Shown: positions 49,583 to 61,520 of the stretch, piece after piece
Layout of the letters: each line of letters opens with the position of its first letter
Position numbering within the stretch: position 1 is the stretch's first letter
NCBI GenBank assembly: GCA_046563655.1
Contig: CM102283.1
Span: forward strand, 7,750,001 to 7,814,000
Direction of reading: 5' to 3'
DNA: 64,000 bases
From: Yuukianura sp. NJ FZ-2021
Lineage: Eukaryota
Position numbers and translations under genes: made by a program
Notes under the pieces: model-generated
The model's input: the letters and a program-made list of their open reading frames with translations, nothing else
What the model was told of the DNA's origin: nothing
The model's database searches: none

Positions 49583-51467
49583 CTATTTCTTATTTTGGGA
49601 CTTTTTCTGTTTGGATTTGTCCGATTTCGACTGAGAAACTGCACTCGGTTTAGCTTTCGGATCAATTTGATTCAACGGTTGTTTAAAAATGACACGTTCT
49701 TCATCTTCTTCATCTTTTTTCATTTGCTCAGTTTTGGCTTCCTCGATTGCAATTTGTTGCTTGGCGGCTTTAATCAGCGTTTTGATGTCAACTGTTTCAA
49801 AAATAAACTTTTCAAGGACTGTTTTTTTCAAAATTCAGAAATGTCAAAAAATTTACCGATCTTGACACGTTCTTCACAGAGATCATCGTTGACTTTGTCC
49901 ATCGTGTCACTCACATCCCAGTGACTACCGTGAGTCGTTCCAGCCGCTTTTCGACGCTTGCGTCGATCACGAACTTTGTGCAGCCAGCGATAAAAGTACT
50001 TCCGCATCAAAAAAATTTCGCGTTCCTCTGCCTCTCTTCGAGCAACGATAACATTGGCTAAAAAGTTTCCAAACAATTTTGGTAATCAAAAAATTAAATT
50101 TTAACGGATTCATAAAATTCGTTTTTTTATTATATATAATTTTGAAAACCTTACGTAATTGCTCCCATTTTTTGCGCATGAGCTCTCTGTACTCTTCAGC
50201 TCTTCCCTTCAGTTTACTTTGAAAAAATTGTTGCACTTTTTCCAAAACGCCTTGATTTTGAAGCTGTGCATTGATTTTGGCTTGGTTTTGATGTTCCTCC
50301 TTTTTAAATAAACAAAAACAACAACATTTTAGGTTTCAAAATTTAAGTTCAATTTTCAAAAAACAAAATTTTGAACCTTGAGCCGTTTGTATCTTCTTCT
50401 GATAATTTTGTCCACAATACGACGATATTCTACAGTTTCCTCCTTTTGTAAAATGTGCTTAATCAAATTTTTTCGTTGCTCGATTTGTGGTAACTTTACT
50501 CGGTCGTAAGCAACTCTGCGCATGTTTTCGCGACAATTTGAGCAACCACGCATTGCTTCCAAGATGTCAGCCTTGATCCGGTCGGCTTGCTCTCGTCGGA
50601 CTTTGTTTCTCTTGAACACGTCAAGTAACCTATGGTTAAAAAATATAAAGTTCATTTAAGATTAAGTTAATCAAAACTAAGTTAATTAAAATCAAAGTTA
50701 AGATTTAACACTAGTGACAATCGCATACTTGCTCCTCCGCTGTTCGTCCACATCTTTCCTTTTAGCCAAAACGTCTTTAGAGTTTTGCTTCGGACGAGCT
50801 TCCTTCCAAGCCGCAAGCGATTTCAGTTCTGTCAAATGCTGTTGACGCTCCAGCGTTTTTCGATCCTAAGAAGTTACCATTTTTGAAATTTTTCAAAACT
50901 TTTTGAAAAGTTTAACTTCAAAACTGCTGTATTTTGAAAATGTGGACCTCATTTCGTATTAGTTCTGCCAGCCGCCCCTTTTGCACCGCTCCAGAACATT
51001 TTCGAAATTCATTGAATTTTTCAAGCGAACAAACCACGTGATCTTCGTCTTTCAAAAGTCCTTGCTCAACCAAAAATGGTTTGATGGTTGGACGACTAAT
51101 GAAGTGCGCCAAATTCGGATCGTGCAGAGGATCGTAGGAACTCAACTTCAAAACACTTTCCAAATTATACTCGTCCTCAATTTTGAATCTTGGTTTTGGC
51201 CCGTTGTCTTCCAGAACCTAAGTTTTCAAAACCAAAAATTTCAAATTTTTTGAAAATTTGAATTCCTTTTGGAAAACTTACATCATGGCCAAGTTTTCCT
51301 CTTGTATAGTAGACTCCGTCGCCCATGCCTCCGATGACATCCGGAAACTTAGATTCCAGAAGACGTTCGTTAAATTTTGGGAAAAGAGGCTTGATCACTC
51401 CCGGAACGGCGAATTCTGAAATCTGAATTTCGTTTCGCAGTTTGTCAATTCGCGTTTCCTGGGGCAT
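49583..51467 (-). CDS. FSIP2-like protein (fibrous sheath-interacting protein 2 N-terminal motif plus coiled coil), multi-exon
   Basis: ORF pieces 51467-51281, about 51217-50948, and further short exons to the stop at 49583. VYYTRGKLG..YDPLHDPNLAHF..LVEQGLL..HVVCSLEKFNEFR resembles the FSIP2 N-terminal LHDPHL / VVCSLxExNxYR motif and is followed by charged helical segments. Confidence 0.72.
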
Positions 51468-51954
51468 GCTGAGTCTAAATTGAGTAAATTAGTAATTAAT
51501 CTTCGTGAATTTTAGTATTAAGTTGTACAGAAGTTGTCTGTAGCACCTTGTTGAAACGGAGATTTTCCGATGTCGTCGCTGAAATTGAAGGGGCGGAAGT
51601 TCATTTGGCGCGTTTGGATCTGTAGCGCAGCAGACTTCCATTTTTTTTATTACAAAAATATTTAAAGTAATTAAACTAAAATATAATTACGAACTCCTGA
51701 GATTACAAACTACTTTGATTACTTTTGCAATACTACTACAAAACTACAAAAAAAAATAAAATTGAAGAATTCTAAAAACTGAAAAGGAATGTCGTTCTAT
51801 TTTCTTTGGTAACAAAAGTAACATTGCCACAGAAACAAACATTGATGTTCGTCAAAATGAAAAATAAGTGTTTTGAAATCAGTATTTTTTTTTTCAAAAA
51901 AATTTACCTCTTGCAATTATCGGGTGGTCAAGTTCAAACGGGACACTGGACAAA

Positions 51955-53553
51955 ATGTCAAAAGAATTTGGAAATCCAACATTGTGTCGTGGACCGTCGT
52001 CCAGCATTTTACCGAATTCGAATCCAAAATGGCGGTTTCCAATTCACAATAGACAAGTTGCGTTTGCGTCTACTGAAGGTACAGATGTGACAACTAATTC
52101 TGGCAATTTTGGAATTTTTGAAAAAGAAATTCAAAATTTTCAGATGGAATCAAAATTGGATCTCCGACGTACTATGCAGTATGTGCTTTGGGAGGATCGC
52201 TATGCTGTCTTACTACGCATGTCGTAACATTGCCCATTGACATTGTCAAGTGTCGCATGCAGGTCACTCCAACCAAGTACCCCAACATGGTGGAGGCACT
52301 CAAGGTATGTTTCAAAATCAAAATATCAATGAATTCACGTTTCTCCAAATTTTGAAATATTTTTATGAAATTGCAATTTATGAAAGATTACCTTACGAGA
52401 AGATGGGGTCAAAGGTCTTGTTCGGGGATGGGCAGCTACTACGGTATGAATCAACGCAAAGCTAAAAAAAATGGTTTTCTAAGAATTTTTTTTTTCTGAA
52501 AAATTAGTAATTTCAATTTCAAAGATTTTGTGTTTGTTTTTTTTAGCTTGGTTATGGAGCTCAGGTGAGAATTTTAATTCTACTCTGATTTCAAGAAGCT
52601 TTTATCAAAATTTTCAGTTTTTTGAACTTTCCTTTGAAAATCTGATAATTTTTAGGGTATTGTTCGCTTCGGACTCTACGAATACTTCAAGCTGAAGTTT
52701 GCAGAAAAGGCTGGACCAGAAACATTCTATTTGCATCGGACGCTGATTTATTTGGCAGCAGCCGCTTCTGCAGAGTTCTTGGCTGACATTCCGCTGAGTC
52801 CCTTTGAAGGGATCAAGGTCACTTGAACAATATTTTCAAAATAACTCGACCTTTGACCTCTACTCACAACAAGTGGACTAATCCAAACCAAATTTTAGGT
52901 TCGTACTCAAACCATGCCCGGGTTTCCCGCCAAATTACGAGAAGCAGCTCCCTTGATCTGGGAAAAGGAAGGACTTGGCGGGATGTTCAAAACGTTGGTG
53001 CCTCTTTGGGGAAGGCAAATCCCTTACACCATGGTCAAGTTTGCTACGTTTGAGCGCACGTTGGAATTCCTTTACAAGTTAGTCAAACATAAACAAGAGG
53101 GCAGAAAACTGATCACATGATTCAATTTTAACATGGAATTTATGCGCAGGAGTGTTCTGGAAAAGAAACCAGCTGATTTGCCGAAATCGGAGCAACTGGC
53201 GGTGACATTCGTGGCTGGATATACTGCCGGAGTATTCTGTGCCATTGCATCACATCCATCAGACACATTGATTTCAAAACTCCAGGCTCCTGGTTAGTAA
53301 TTTATGAAATTTGAAAAATGAAAACGAAATTTCGAAAAATTATTCATGAGTTTTTTCAAATTTAGGCGCCACTATTTCTGGAGTTTACCGCGAAATTGGA
53401 TTTCGCGGGCTCTGGAAAGGTATTGGACCAAGAATTCTGATGATCGGTACAATTGCGGCATCTCAGTGGCTCATTTACGATGCCGTAAAAGTGGCATTCA
53501 ACGTCCCACGACCTCCGCCACCCGAAAAGCCTTCGTCTCTTGTTGGAAAGTGA
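51955..53553 (+). CDS. SLC25A3: Mitochondrial phosphate carrier (SLC25A3/Mpcp family), divergent; 8 exons including an 18-nt micro-exon
   Basis: Spliced protein contains LPIDIVKCRMQV, RGWAATT|LGYGAQ|GIVRFGLYE, LIYLAAAASAEFLADIPLSPFE, LVPLWGRQIPYTMVKFATFE, FVAGYTAGVFCAIASHPSD and GLWKGIGPRILMIGT..QWLIYDAVKVAFNVPRPPPPE. Stop TGA at 53551-53553. Confidence 0.93.
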
Positions 53554-53824
53554 AATTTTTGCACAATTTAAATCGAAATTAAAACTAATCAATCAATTAG
53601 TTTAAGGATTAATTAAATAAAGGTGAGTTTCGGTTGGATACTGCGGCGCTAAACGGGCTAGAATTCCCGCGAATTTTGAATCCCCACTCAAATCCACATG
53701 TTTCTTCTCATTCATTTTTTGTTTGTTTTCATCCATTTACTTTTGCCTTTGTAACCTTAAAAATAGTTTCGTGTCAGTTAATTAATCGATTAACGAAGTA
53801 ATTTGCTAACCAGATTTAGTCAGG

Positions 53825-56800
53825 ATGGTAAAAGTGAAGGCCAAGTTTAAATCCAAGGCAGGTCGAATCAGAAAACCAAAGCAAACATCACGATGGGCTA
53901 AGGGAGACAGCTGTCTTTCAAATCCAGAAATTCATAAGTTTCGAGACGAAGCGTCGTCGTTGTACTTCCATGAAGTTGTCAGTAAGTTAATTGATTGTAA
54001 TGAAAACTTGATACTCCAATTAATTGATTTCTTTTAGATAAATTATACTCATTTTATTTTATTTTTTAGAGAACCCGTTGTTGACGGCAAGGAATTTAGG
54101 AAGCCGGAATTTGCCGGGCCAAGATGTGGACGAAGACGTTCTTTCAGCTGATGTCCAATCGCTCACTGTATCTGATGCGAGAACGGGATTCGGTTCATTT
54201 GCTACGTATAAAACGTTTGCGTCAGATTGGTCTAAATGTTCAAACGGAGCTTTCGAAAAGTAAGTGACAAACAAAAAATGGAATCAGAGTTGAATCCTGA
54301 AAAGTACTTGGAATGTAACTGAATTTGATTTTGTTTCTGAAGGTTTCTTGGAAGGTTCAAGTTGGACTCAGCTTTACACAAGGAAATGCTGTCAATCCTA
54401 GCTGCAACGACTGAAGTAATTAATAGTATGGGCGGAACACATCGAGAGACGGAGTATTTTGCTTCATTTGTAAGTGAATACGTCGTTAGCTTTCTATTTC
54501 AGTATGTGTAACGTTTTTTGTTCGTTTAGGTTACTGCATTAGATCAATGTGAATCCACTCAATATCCAGCCATGATGGCCCTGTTGTCGATTGTCTCTGG
54601 AAAAGTTCCTGAAGCCGTACTGCGTAGAACATTCGCCACCATCTATCCACGGGTGGGATGTGTGTTGACTTTTGCGACTGACTCGTTTGACAATAGTCTA
54701 ATGCGAGTGGTGAGTTGATTCGACCTTTTCTTCATTAATTGATCAATCCTTTATTTTTTTGAAAACTTATAACAATTTCTTAGACATGCGATGTCCTAAA
54801 GAAGATTTTGGGTGCTCAAGATCCAAATATCTTTGAGTCTGAACTGCCAGTTCAGAGTCTCATTTACGGAATCCTTCGATGTGCTCTCCACGATAATCCA
54901 AAAGTACGCAGGAAAGGACGGACAACAATCGGATTTATATTGAGCCGCCAGAAAGAGAAGAATGGAAACGACACCGTTGCCAAAATTGTTCTAGGCTGGG
55001 TTCTGGATCAATTGGCCACTTATCCTACATGTGGCTCTAAAGCCGCTGGAGATACTATTGGACTTCTTCAATTTGTCTGGTCCAACTTGGACTCTGTCTC
55101 AAGTGCTGGTGCCAAGAAACTGTACGAGTCCGTTCTGCGAATCATGTCCAGTGGAGACATGTCACTTGTCAAAATCGGCTTTTCCTTTTTCTCTGTCGTT
55201 TTCCAGACACATCTTACGATCGACAGTTCGTCACTGTCAGCTCGACCAGAGAACATCTTCACTCCTAAGCTCGTAACGGCCCTCTGGGACTTCAGTCCCG
55301 ATTGGAGAAATAACGACGCCTTTCTTCTCTGGCTCACATGCATGATGAATGGCCTCATTCGACTGGCTGAAGATGAGTCTAGGTTAGCTGGTCCATTTAT
55401 TCCTCGCCTTATGGAAGCCATTGCGCCAACTTGGACGTGTCACTGGGGAGCCATTCCTTCCAAAGTCTTTGTCGACTATCTCTTCCACTTACTTCAACCA
55501 GAGAAGACTAGTAATGAGGACATTGAAGCCAGTTTTCAAGTACTCTCCAAGAATTTGATCTCCATTCCACCAAATGAACACTGTTTGACAGTACTCACTG
55601 GATTCTTAGACGCACTCAAGCCAGAACAATTTACAATTTCTGGACGTGAAGTTCTTTTACAACTTTTGCAACTTCGACATTCTTCGGCTGCTCCTAAAAT
55701 CAATTCAATTCTGGGCCGTTTTGTCAAGTCTTTTGGAATCGACAATCTTTGGATATCCGTTGACCCTGACATTCGTCACTCCGTGATTCTTCCACTCGTA
55801 AGAGACAATTTAAGTGAAGGTCAATTTTCTTATTGGAAAGAAAATATTTTCCCGCTTCACAAGAATCCGACTCTGGTCAAAGACGTTTGGGGCTCACTCG
55901 TTGGATTTTGTCGGAATCCAATTGATCCAGAGAACTTTCCAGCCAAATTCATTGGTGAAAGTGGAATCAAGGTTCCAGTGTATCGCTTGACAGCGCTAGC
56001 AGCTCTGCGTCAATTTTGTATGTGGCCCCAGGCGAAACCAGTTCTTCAAAAACATGGAAACAACTTCCTAGCAATTCTGTTCAATGAATATATTGGAGAG
56101 AGACAAGTGGCACTGGAAATGAAGAAAAAGTCGACTGCTGAACAAGCCAACTGGAAAAATGCTGGACACTCTGACGCAATTGGAACAACAATTCAAGAAT
56201 ATTTGCCTGCTATGGAGCCAAAGGAAATCCAGGAATTACTTGGCGTGTAAGTGATAAATCTTTGTGACATAAAGTATTGTTCCAAAATCCTAACTTTGAT
56301 GCTTTATTTTGTGTTTGTCCAGTACTACCCTATTTCACGTCGTATACCACGCACTCGCATATAGCGTGTACTAAGACCAATTAAAACGAGAATTATCAGT
56401 CAAAATCGTCCTCAAAATTCACAAAAACCCGAAAAAATCCGGAATCAATTCCTCTTTTGATAATCAATCCAGATTGAACATTTCTAATATCAGCCCAGGG
56501 AAATTCATTTTAGGCGGTATTATGCCACAAGATGGTATTTCTGGAACTTTGACGGTTTGGTTAAGTGGAATTAGAACGATTTATAAGTAGAAATTGAGTA
56601 AAACTTTTCACAAAAATATTACTACTATTTTCGTGAAAATTTTACTCAAATTCTGAGTTTTGAAGACTTTCTCTTTTCTCGTGTTTACGTTTTGCTTCCA
56701 TGCCATAGCAATAATAGATAACGCGCACGGTATACACCTTGAAATACGGTAACTGCACTGTAGTTACCACTAAGACGCCCAGGATCTTAACTCTGACACG

Positions 56801-59160
56801 TACTAATGTTTGTTTTGATGGTGTAATTTACAGGGCCATAAAGAAGTTTAATGGAGCCACTGTCGAAGAGAAAGGGCCAATTCTGGATCTAGTTGTGTTC
56901 CTCTCTGTGTTTCCAATCAAGGCAGAGATAGAAAGTCAACTTGTGGAAATTGCTTCTGCCTTTGTCTCTGATCCAGTACATATGAAACGTGCTTATCGTC
57001 TTGTCCAATCGCTTCTGAACAACGACTCTGTCACGGGAGAAACTGTGACTGAAATCGTCGCACTTCTGAGTGAAAGTAAAGGAAAAACGAAATCGAACGC
57101 TGAACCACTTCGCCTCGAGTGTATAATTTCACTTCTCCTGAAGGTAAGAAATATTCAACATTTTTTTTACAATGTGCTTGGAAAAGCATAACCAGCATCC
57201 AGCATTCTGCTCGTTTCGTTCCAAATCCTAGGACTTTTACTTTATGCAAGAAGAAACTTCCGAAATTAATTAACGAAGCTAAGCTCAAGATTTGTGGCGG
57301 GAAGAAAGTTTCTATGGTTTGGAAAGCCTAGAAGAGTATTATCTTCATCATGCTAAGGCCGTTGGGCTTTATAGGAATAATTTACCAGAGATTCCGGTTC
57401 ATTTACGTTGGCATCTTTTTGTGTTTGTTACAGGACGAGTCATGGTGGGCTGAATTTCTGCCTGAAGCAATTCTGAGTCTCTTGAGTGTGAACACTAGAG
57501 CTAGAAGAGTTGCTATTAAGTTTGTGGCAAAACTTTGTGAAAGTCTAAAGGTAATTTTCCCCAACTGAGGAAAAAATTTTCTTCAGGAAATCGATTTCTT
57601 CGCCAAGAAAATCTTACGAAAAAGGCTCACTAGACCAGAAATTCTTCCATTTTTTGTCTTATTTGATCTTTTGATTTGATTATATAGGACCAGAAAATTA
57701 GTTTGGAGAAGCTTGCAAATATTGTGAAACTGGGCCTGGAATCTGGCAATTCTTTTATCATTTCCTGTACAATTCATTTCCTCACAAGAGTTTTTATGCT
57801 GGCTCCTCCGCCAAGTCCTGACGAGACTCTAATCAACAATTGCGTCAATCACTTGCTTCTGCAGCAAGATAGTGGTGGAGATGCTGCAGTGTCTCGAGAG
57901 GCTCTCACTTTCATCTCACTCAATCTCTCGCTGTACAAAACAAGAATGGGCCCATTTGCAGCGTCTATTGGCAAGATACTGGCTGTGGATAAGAAGACGC
58001 TGGGTTCCTCTGGAGAAGGATTTCCAAGGAAAGAAGTTAACAAGATTCTAGGAAGAATGATACGCGTTTTTGGAGTGGCTGGACTCAGAGCTGTTCTACC
58101 AAATGCTGATGATCCTAAAATGACTACTCGAATTAAGAACATTCAAAGGAAGATGAGAAAGATGAAGGAGACGAAGGCTGAAGGGCTCAAGAAAAGAGAA
58201 AGTGAGAAAGAGGCTGACAGTGACGAAGCTGAAAGTGAAGAGGATGAAGAAGATGCTGGGAAGTCACGGCGTTCCAACCACCGAACCAATGAAAAACTTA
58301 TTATGAAGGAAGGCGTTGTGGATTTTCTGGATCCCAAGAACATGACTGCGTCCTTAATTAGTAAGAGAAAGTTTCTTTTACACTTTTTTCTTCAGTTTTT
58401 GAACTTCGAGCTGCTAGACGTTTTTTTGAAAAGTGACATTTTTTTGGAAGAAGTTGAAGTGTCGGCATGAAGAGACCATGACTGGGGATTAATTAATATT
58501 TTTTCTCTTTGACTAACTTTCACTCTACTCAAGAGTGAAATCAGTCAAAGAAAAAAAAGATTAATGTCTTGGTTGCTTTGGAGTTTGATCTTTACTTTGT
58601 AAAAGTTTCTTTTCAATTTGATTTCCGTCTCTTCAATCAATGTCGCTGGCTCATTTATTACATTTTGTTCTTTTTCTTTTGAAATATTAGGCAAACCCCG
58701 AGAAATGAAGAAGGACGGAGATGAGTTTAAATTTTCATCAGAAGGAAAGTTAATTATTGAAGACTTGGATGAAAGAAGAGGGAAGAAGAGGAGGCTGGAA
58801 GAGGATAATAGGATGGGCGTCGGAGGAAGTGACGATGAAGATGAGTTGGACGATGATGAATTGGCTGGAAAGAGGCAGAAGAAGAAGGCTAAAGCTCATG
58901 GGGGTTCGTCCGTGGCTTCATCTAGAAGAACCATGAAAAGTTCCAGGAGCATGAAGAGTGTATCATCGGTAAGGAGCGGAAAAAGTAGCGGTGGAGTAAG
59001 CAGGAAGACGGTGATGATGACAGCGACTAGGGCTGGAAGCAGACCGCAACTTAAAGCCAAGCGGTCCAGAAAAGGCGGGTCTAATCAAAGTGTCCGAAGC
59101 GGAAAGTCTAACAAAAGTTCTGGAGGAGGACACAAAGAGCGGTTTAATTACAAACGATAA
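53825..59160 (+). CDS. RRP12: RRP12-like ribosome biogenesis HEAT-repeat protein; about 9 exons
   Basis: RWAKGDSCLSNP..KFRDEA, TFASDWSKCSN, SALHKEMLSILAATTEVI..GG..ETEYFA, HDNPKVRRK, NFLAILFNEY, a VDFLDP / DGDEFK..EGKLII segment and a basic Ser/Lys C-terminus. Confidence 0.9.
56326..56751. mobile_element. Tc1/mariner-superfamily MITE in an RRP12 intron
   Basis: Imperfect TIRs TA-ccctatttcacgtcgtatacc ... ggtatacaccttgaaatacgg-TA, TA flanks, non-coding interior. Confidence 0.65.
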
Positions 59161-60410
59161 TTAAGTGGCAGATTTAATTGCTTAAGTTCAGGAATTAAAT
59201 AAATCCTTGTTTGAGAAACTTAGGTTCCAGCGATTCAGCGTTCCAGCGGGGTTCCACTTCACCTGAACTGGAATCATATTCATGAGGAAGAGACTCTCTG
59301 GAGATTCGACCATTAAGAAAAAGCGAAATGCGCACAAGAGGAAAAAAGCTTTAGAAGATTATCTCCATTTTTAAAAAGCTTTTTTTGAATCTTTCTACAT
59401 TTTTTTCCCCAAAAATCTCATAAATTTGGAAAGACTTTGCGTTTGTTCCTGGAAGTGAGCTAATGCTGCTTAGACCCCTCCAGCAAGTTTTTTTTTTAAA
59501 TTTTTCTATTATACTGGAACTGGAGCCTTCGTTTTCTCCCGGGGTGGAGTAAAAACGGAGTAATGAGCTCAGCCTATGAGTTTGTTCCTGTTCCCAGGAA
59601 AAGTAACGCTGGAGCAGCGATGGGGGGAGCTTTTCTGTGCCCATACGCTTCCGCTCTCTCTACTTTCTCCATAAAACCGTCAACCGTCTCCGAAATCCTC
59701 AACCAAAACGAAAATTCAACACAGTCAGAGAAGTTCTGGAAGGCTTGACTCTATTTTGGTTTCAAGTTTTCTGCTGTTAAAGTGGTGGTGTAGCGGTTTT
59801 TGTACAAAAAAGAAAGTTGGGGGACGAGACTTGAATTTTTGAATTTTGGAAAGCATCTTCGTGTTCTTTTTTTCAAAAAAGACTTTCGCCGTCTCACTGC
59901 AGAGCGAAAAGCTTTCTTTTTTAAAAAGTGTGTACTTGGTCTGTGTTCCTCTACTTCCAGGAAGTCAGTATCCAAGTTGGAGCGGAAGAGAAAGCAAGTG
60001 CAGCAGAAGAAAAACGAAGCGGGTACCGTCTATCGATCTCTTCAGTGGAGCATAACTTTAGAGGCACAAAATAACTTGGCAGATCCGTATTTCAACAGTT
60101 TTTTTGGGAACTTAAAAAGAAAGTGGAGAAAGCAACAAAAAAGAAAGCCTTTTATTTTTGGTTGTTTTTCAAAAAACCGAAAAGAAAAACAACAAACATT
60201 TTGAGATGGCGGAAGAGCAAAGTGAAAGTCTTTGAAGGAGAAAGCCCTTGAGAAGAACATTGGAACTCGGAAGCAGAGCAACAAGCACATAGGAATTTTT
60301 TGATAACGTTTTCGAAAAAAAATCGTAAGTTTAACATTTTTTTTTCCACAATTATATTTTTAACTTTCACTTTTTAAAATTTTGAACCTCTACTACCACC
60401 TTTTCCCGGG

Positions 60411-60496
60411 CTGGAAAGGTATTTTGCACTTTTAAAGTAATTTTTAGAGTTTTCTGGAAAGGTATTTTGCACTTTTAAAGTAATTTTTAGAGTTTT
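60411..60496. repeat. Perfect 43-bp tandem duplication
   Basis: ctggaaaggtattttgcacttttaaagtaatttttagagtttt occurs twice. Confidence 0.9.
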
Positions 60497-60560
60497 TAGG
60501 TTAAAATTTACTTTTGTAGACGCTTTTCGTTAGAAGTTTCACTGCCTGCTACGCACTAAG

Positions 60561-60668
60561 GACAAGGTCAAAGGTCAAGGTCAAACTCAGCATTTGGGTC
60601 AAGGACAAATCCTGGATTTGTGTCAAGGTCAACGTCATTTGCACGATGCCAGAAGTGAGCAGGTAAGC
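60561..60668 (+). promoter_or_regulatory. Cluster of AGGTCA nuclear-receptor half-sites followed by a splice donor (probable 5' non-coding exon or enhancer of a downstream gene)
   Basis: aggtcaaaggtcaaggtca at 60565-60583, gggtca, tcaaggtca at about 60623, then cag|gtaagc at 60662/60663. Confidence 0.4.
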
Positions 60669-61084
60669 AAAAAGCTATTTAGTGTTTAGCATTTTGGGCG
60701 TTTTGCTTTTTTTTCTCTCGTTTGTTTGCTCCCGCCTTTCTTTCCTGTTACTTTTTCGCTTTTGTGTTGTAAAGCTGCTGCACACTGTCAGAGTTTTGTT
60801 GGTAATGGGTTTTTGTCACGCTCTAGGAGCTAGATTTAAGGTTTGACCTTTGACACACGCAGAGAGAGGGCGAGAAAGTTAATACTTTTGTGAGTAGCAG
60901 AAATGAATTCAAAGTCACCTTGACTTTTCTCATAAAATTAATTACGAACAAGGAGAGAAAGGCAGAGAAAGCACTTTTCCCCTCTTGAAATTTTTTGAGG
61001 TCAAATTGGATTTTAATTTCGCAAGTCTGCTCGGTCGCGTGGTGTAACGTTTCTTTTTGAGCTGTAGCATTCGAAATGCAACAG

Positions 61085-61520
61085 GATTAGTTACTCCCTC
61101 CGTCTGACCCAGAAATGACCACTCCCTCCATTTGTCACATAAATAGTTACTCCCTCCAACGTCTGTCACACGAATAGTTACTTCCTGTGTCTCAGAGAAA
61201 TAGTTACTCCCTCCGTCTGCAATGAAATAGTTTATCCCTAGGTTTGTCACAGAAATAGTTACTCCCTCCGTCTGCAATGAAATAGTTTATCCCTAGGTTT
61301 GTCACAGAAATAGTTACTCCCTCCATCTGCAATCAAATAGTTTATCCCTAGGTTTGTCGCAGGAATAGTTACTCCCTCCAACGTCTGTCACAGGAATAGC
61401 AGTTCTTTTTGCATGTCACAAGATTAGTTACGTCCTGTATCACAGAAATAGTTACTCCCTCCGTTTGTCGCAGTAGTAGTTACTCCCTCCATCGTATTTA
61501 CATTATATTGTTACTCCCTC
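61085..61520. repeat. Minisatellite, 27/28-bp subunits forming a 55-bp higher-order unit
   Basis: The core aatagttactccctcc recurs many times. The unit gaaatagttactccctccgtctgcaatgaaatagtttatccctaggtttgtcaca occurs about 3 times from 61197. Confidence 0.9.

Noticed and set aside
6451-60496. Two separate tandem duplications both 43 bp long
   Set aside because: The sequences are unrelated; the equal length is most likely coincidence.
61085-61520. CRISPR-like look of the repeated aatagttactccctcc core, and ORF 60942..61277
   Set aside because: The intervening sequences are themselves repeated and short rather than unique spacers, the context is eukaryotic, and no cas genes are present. The ORF is a by-product of the repeat.
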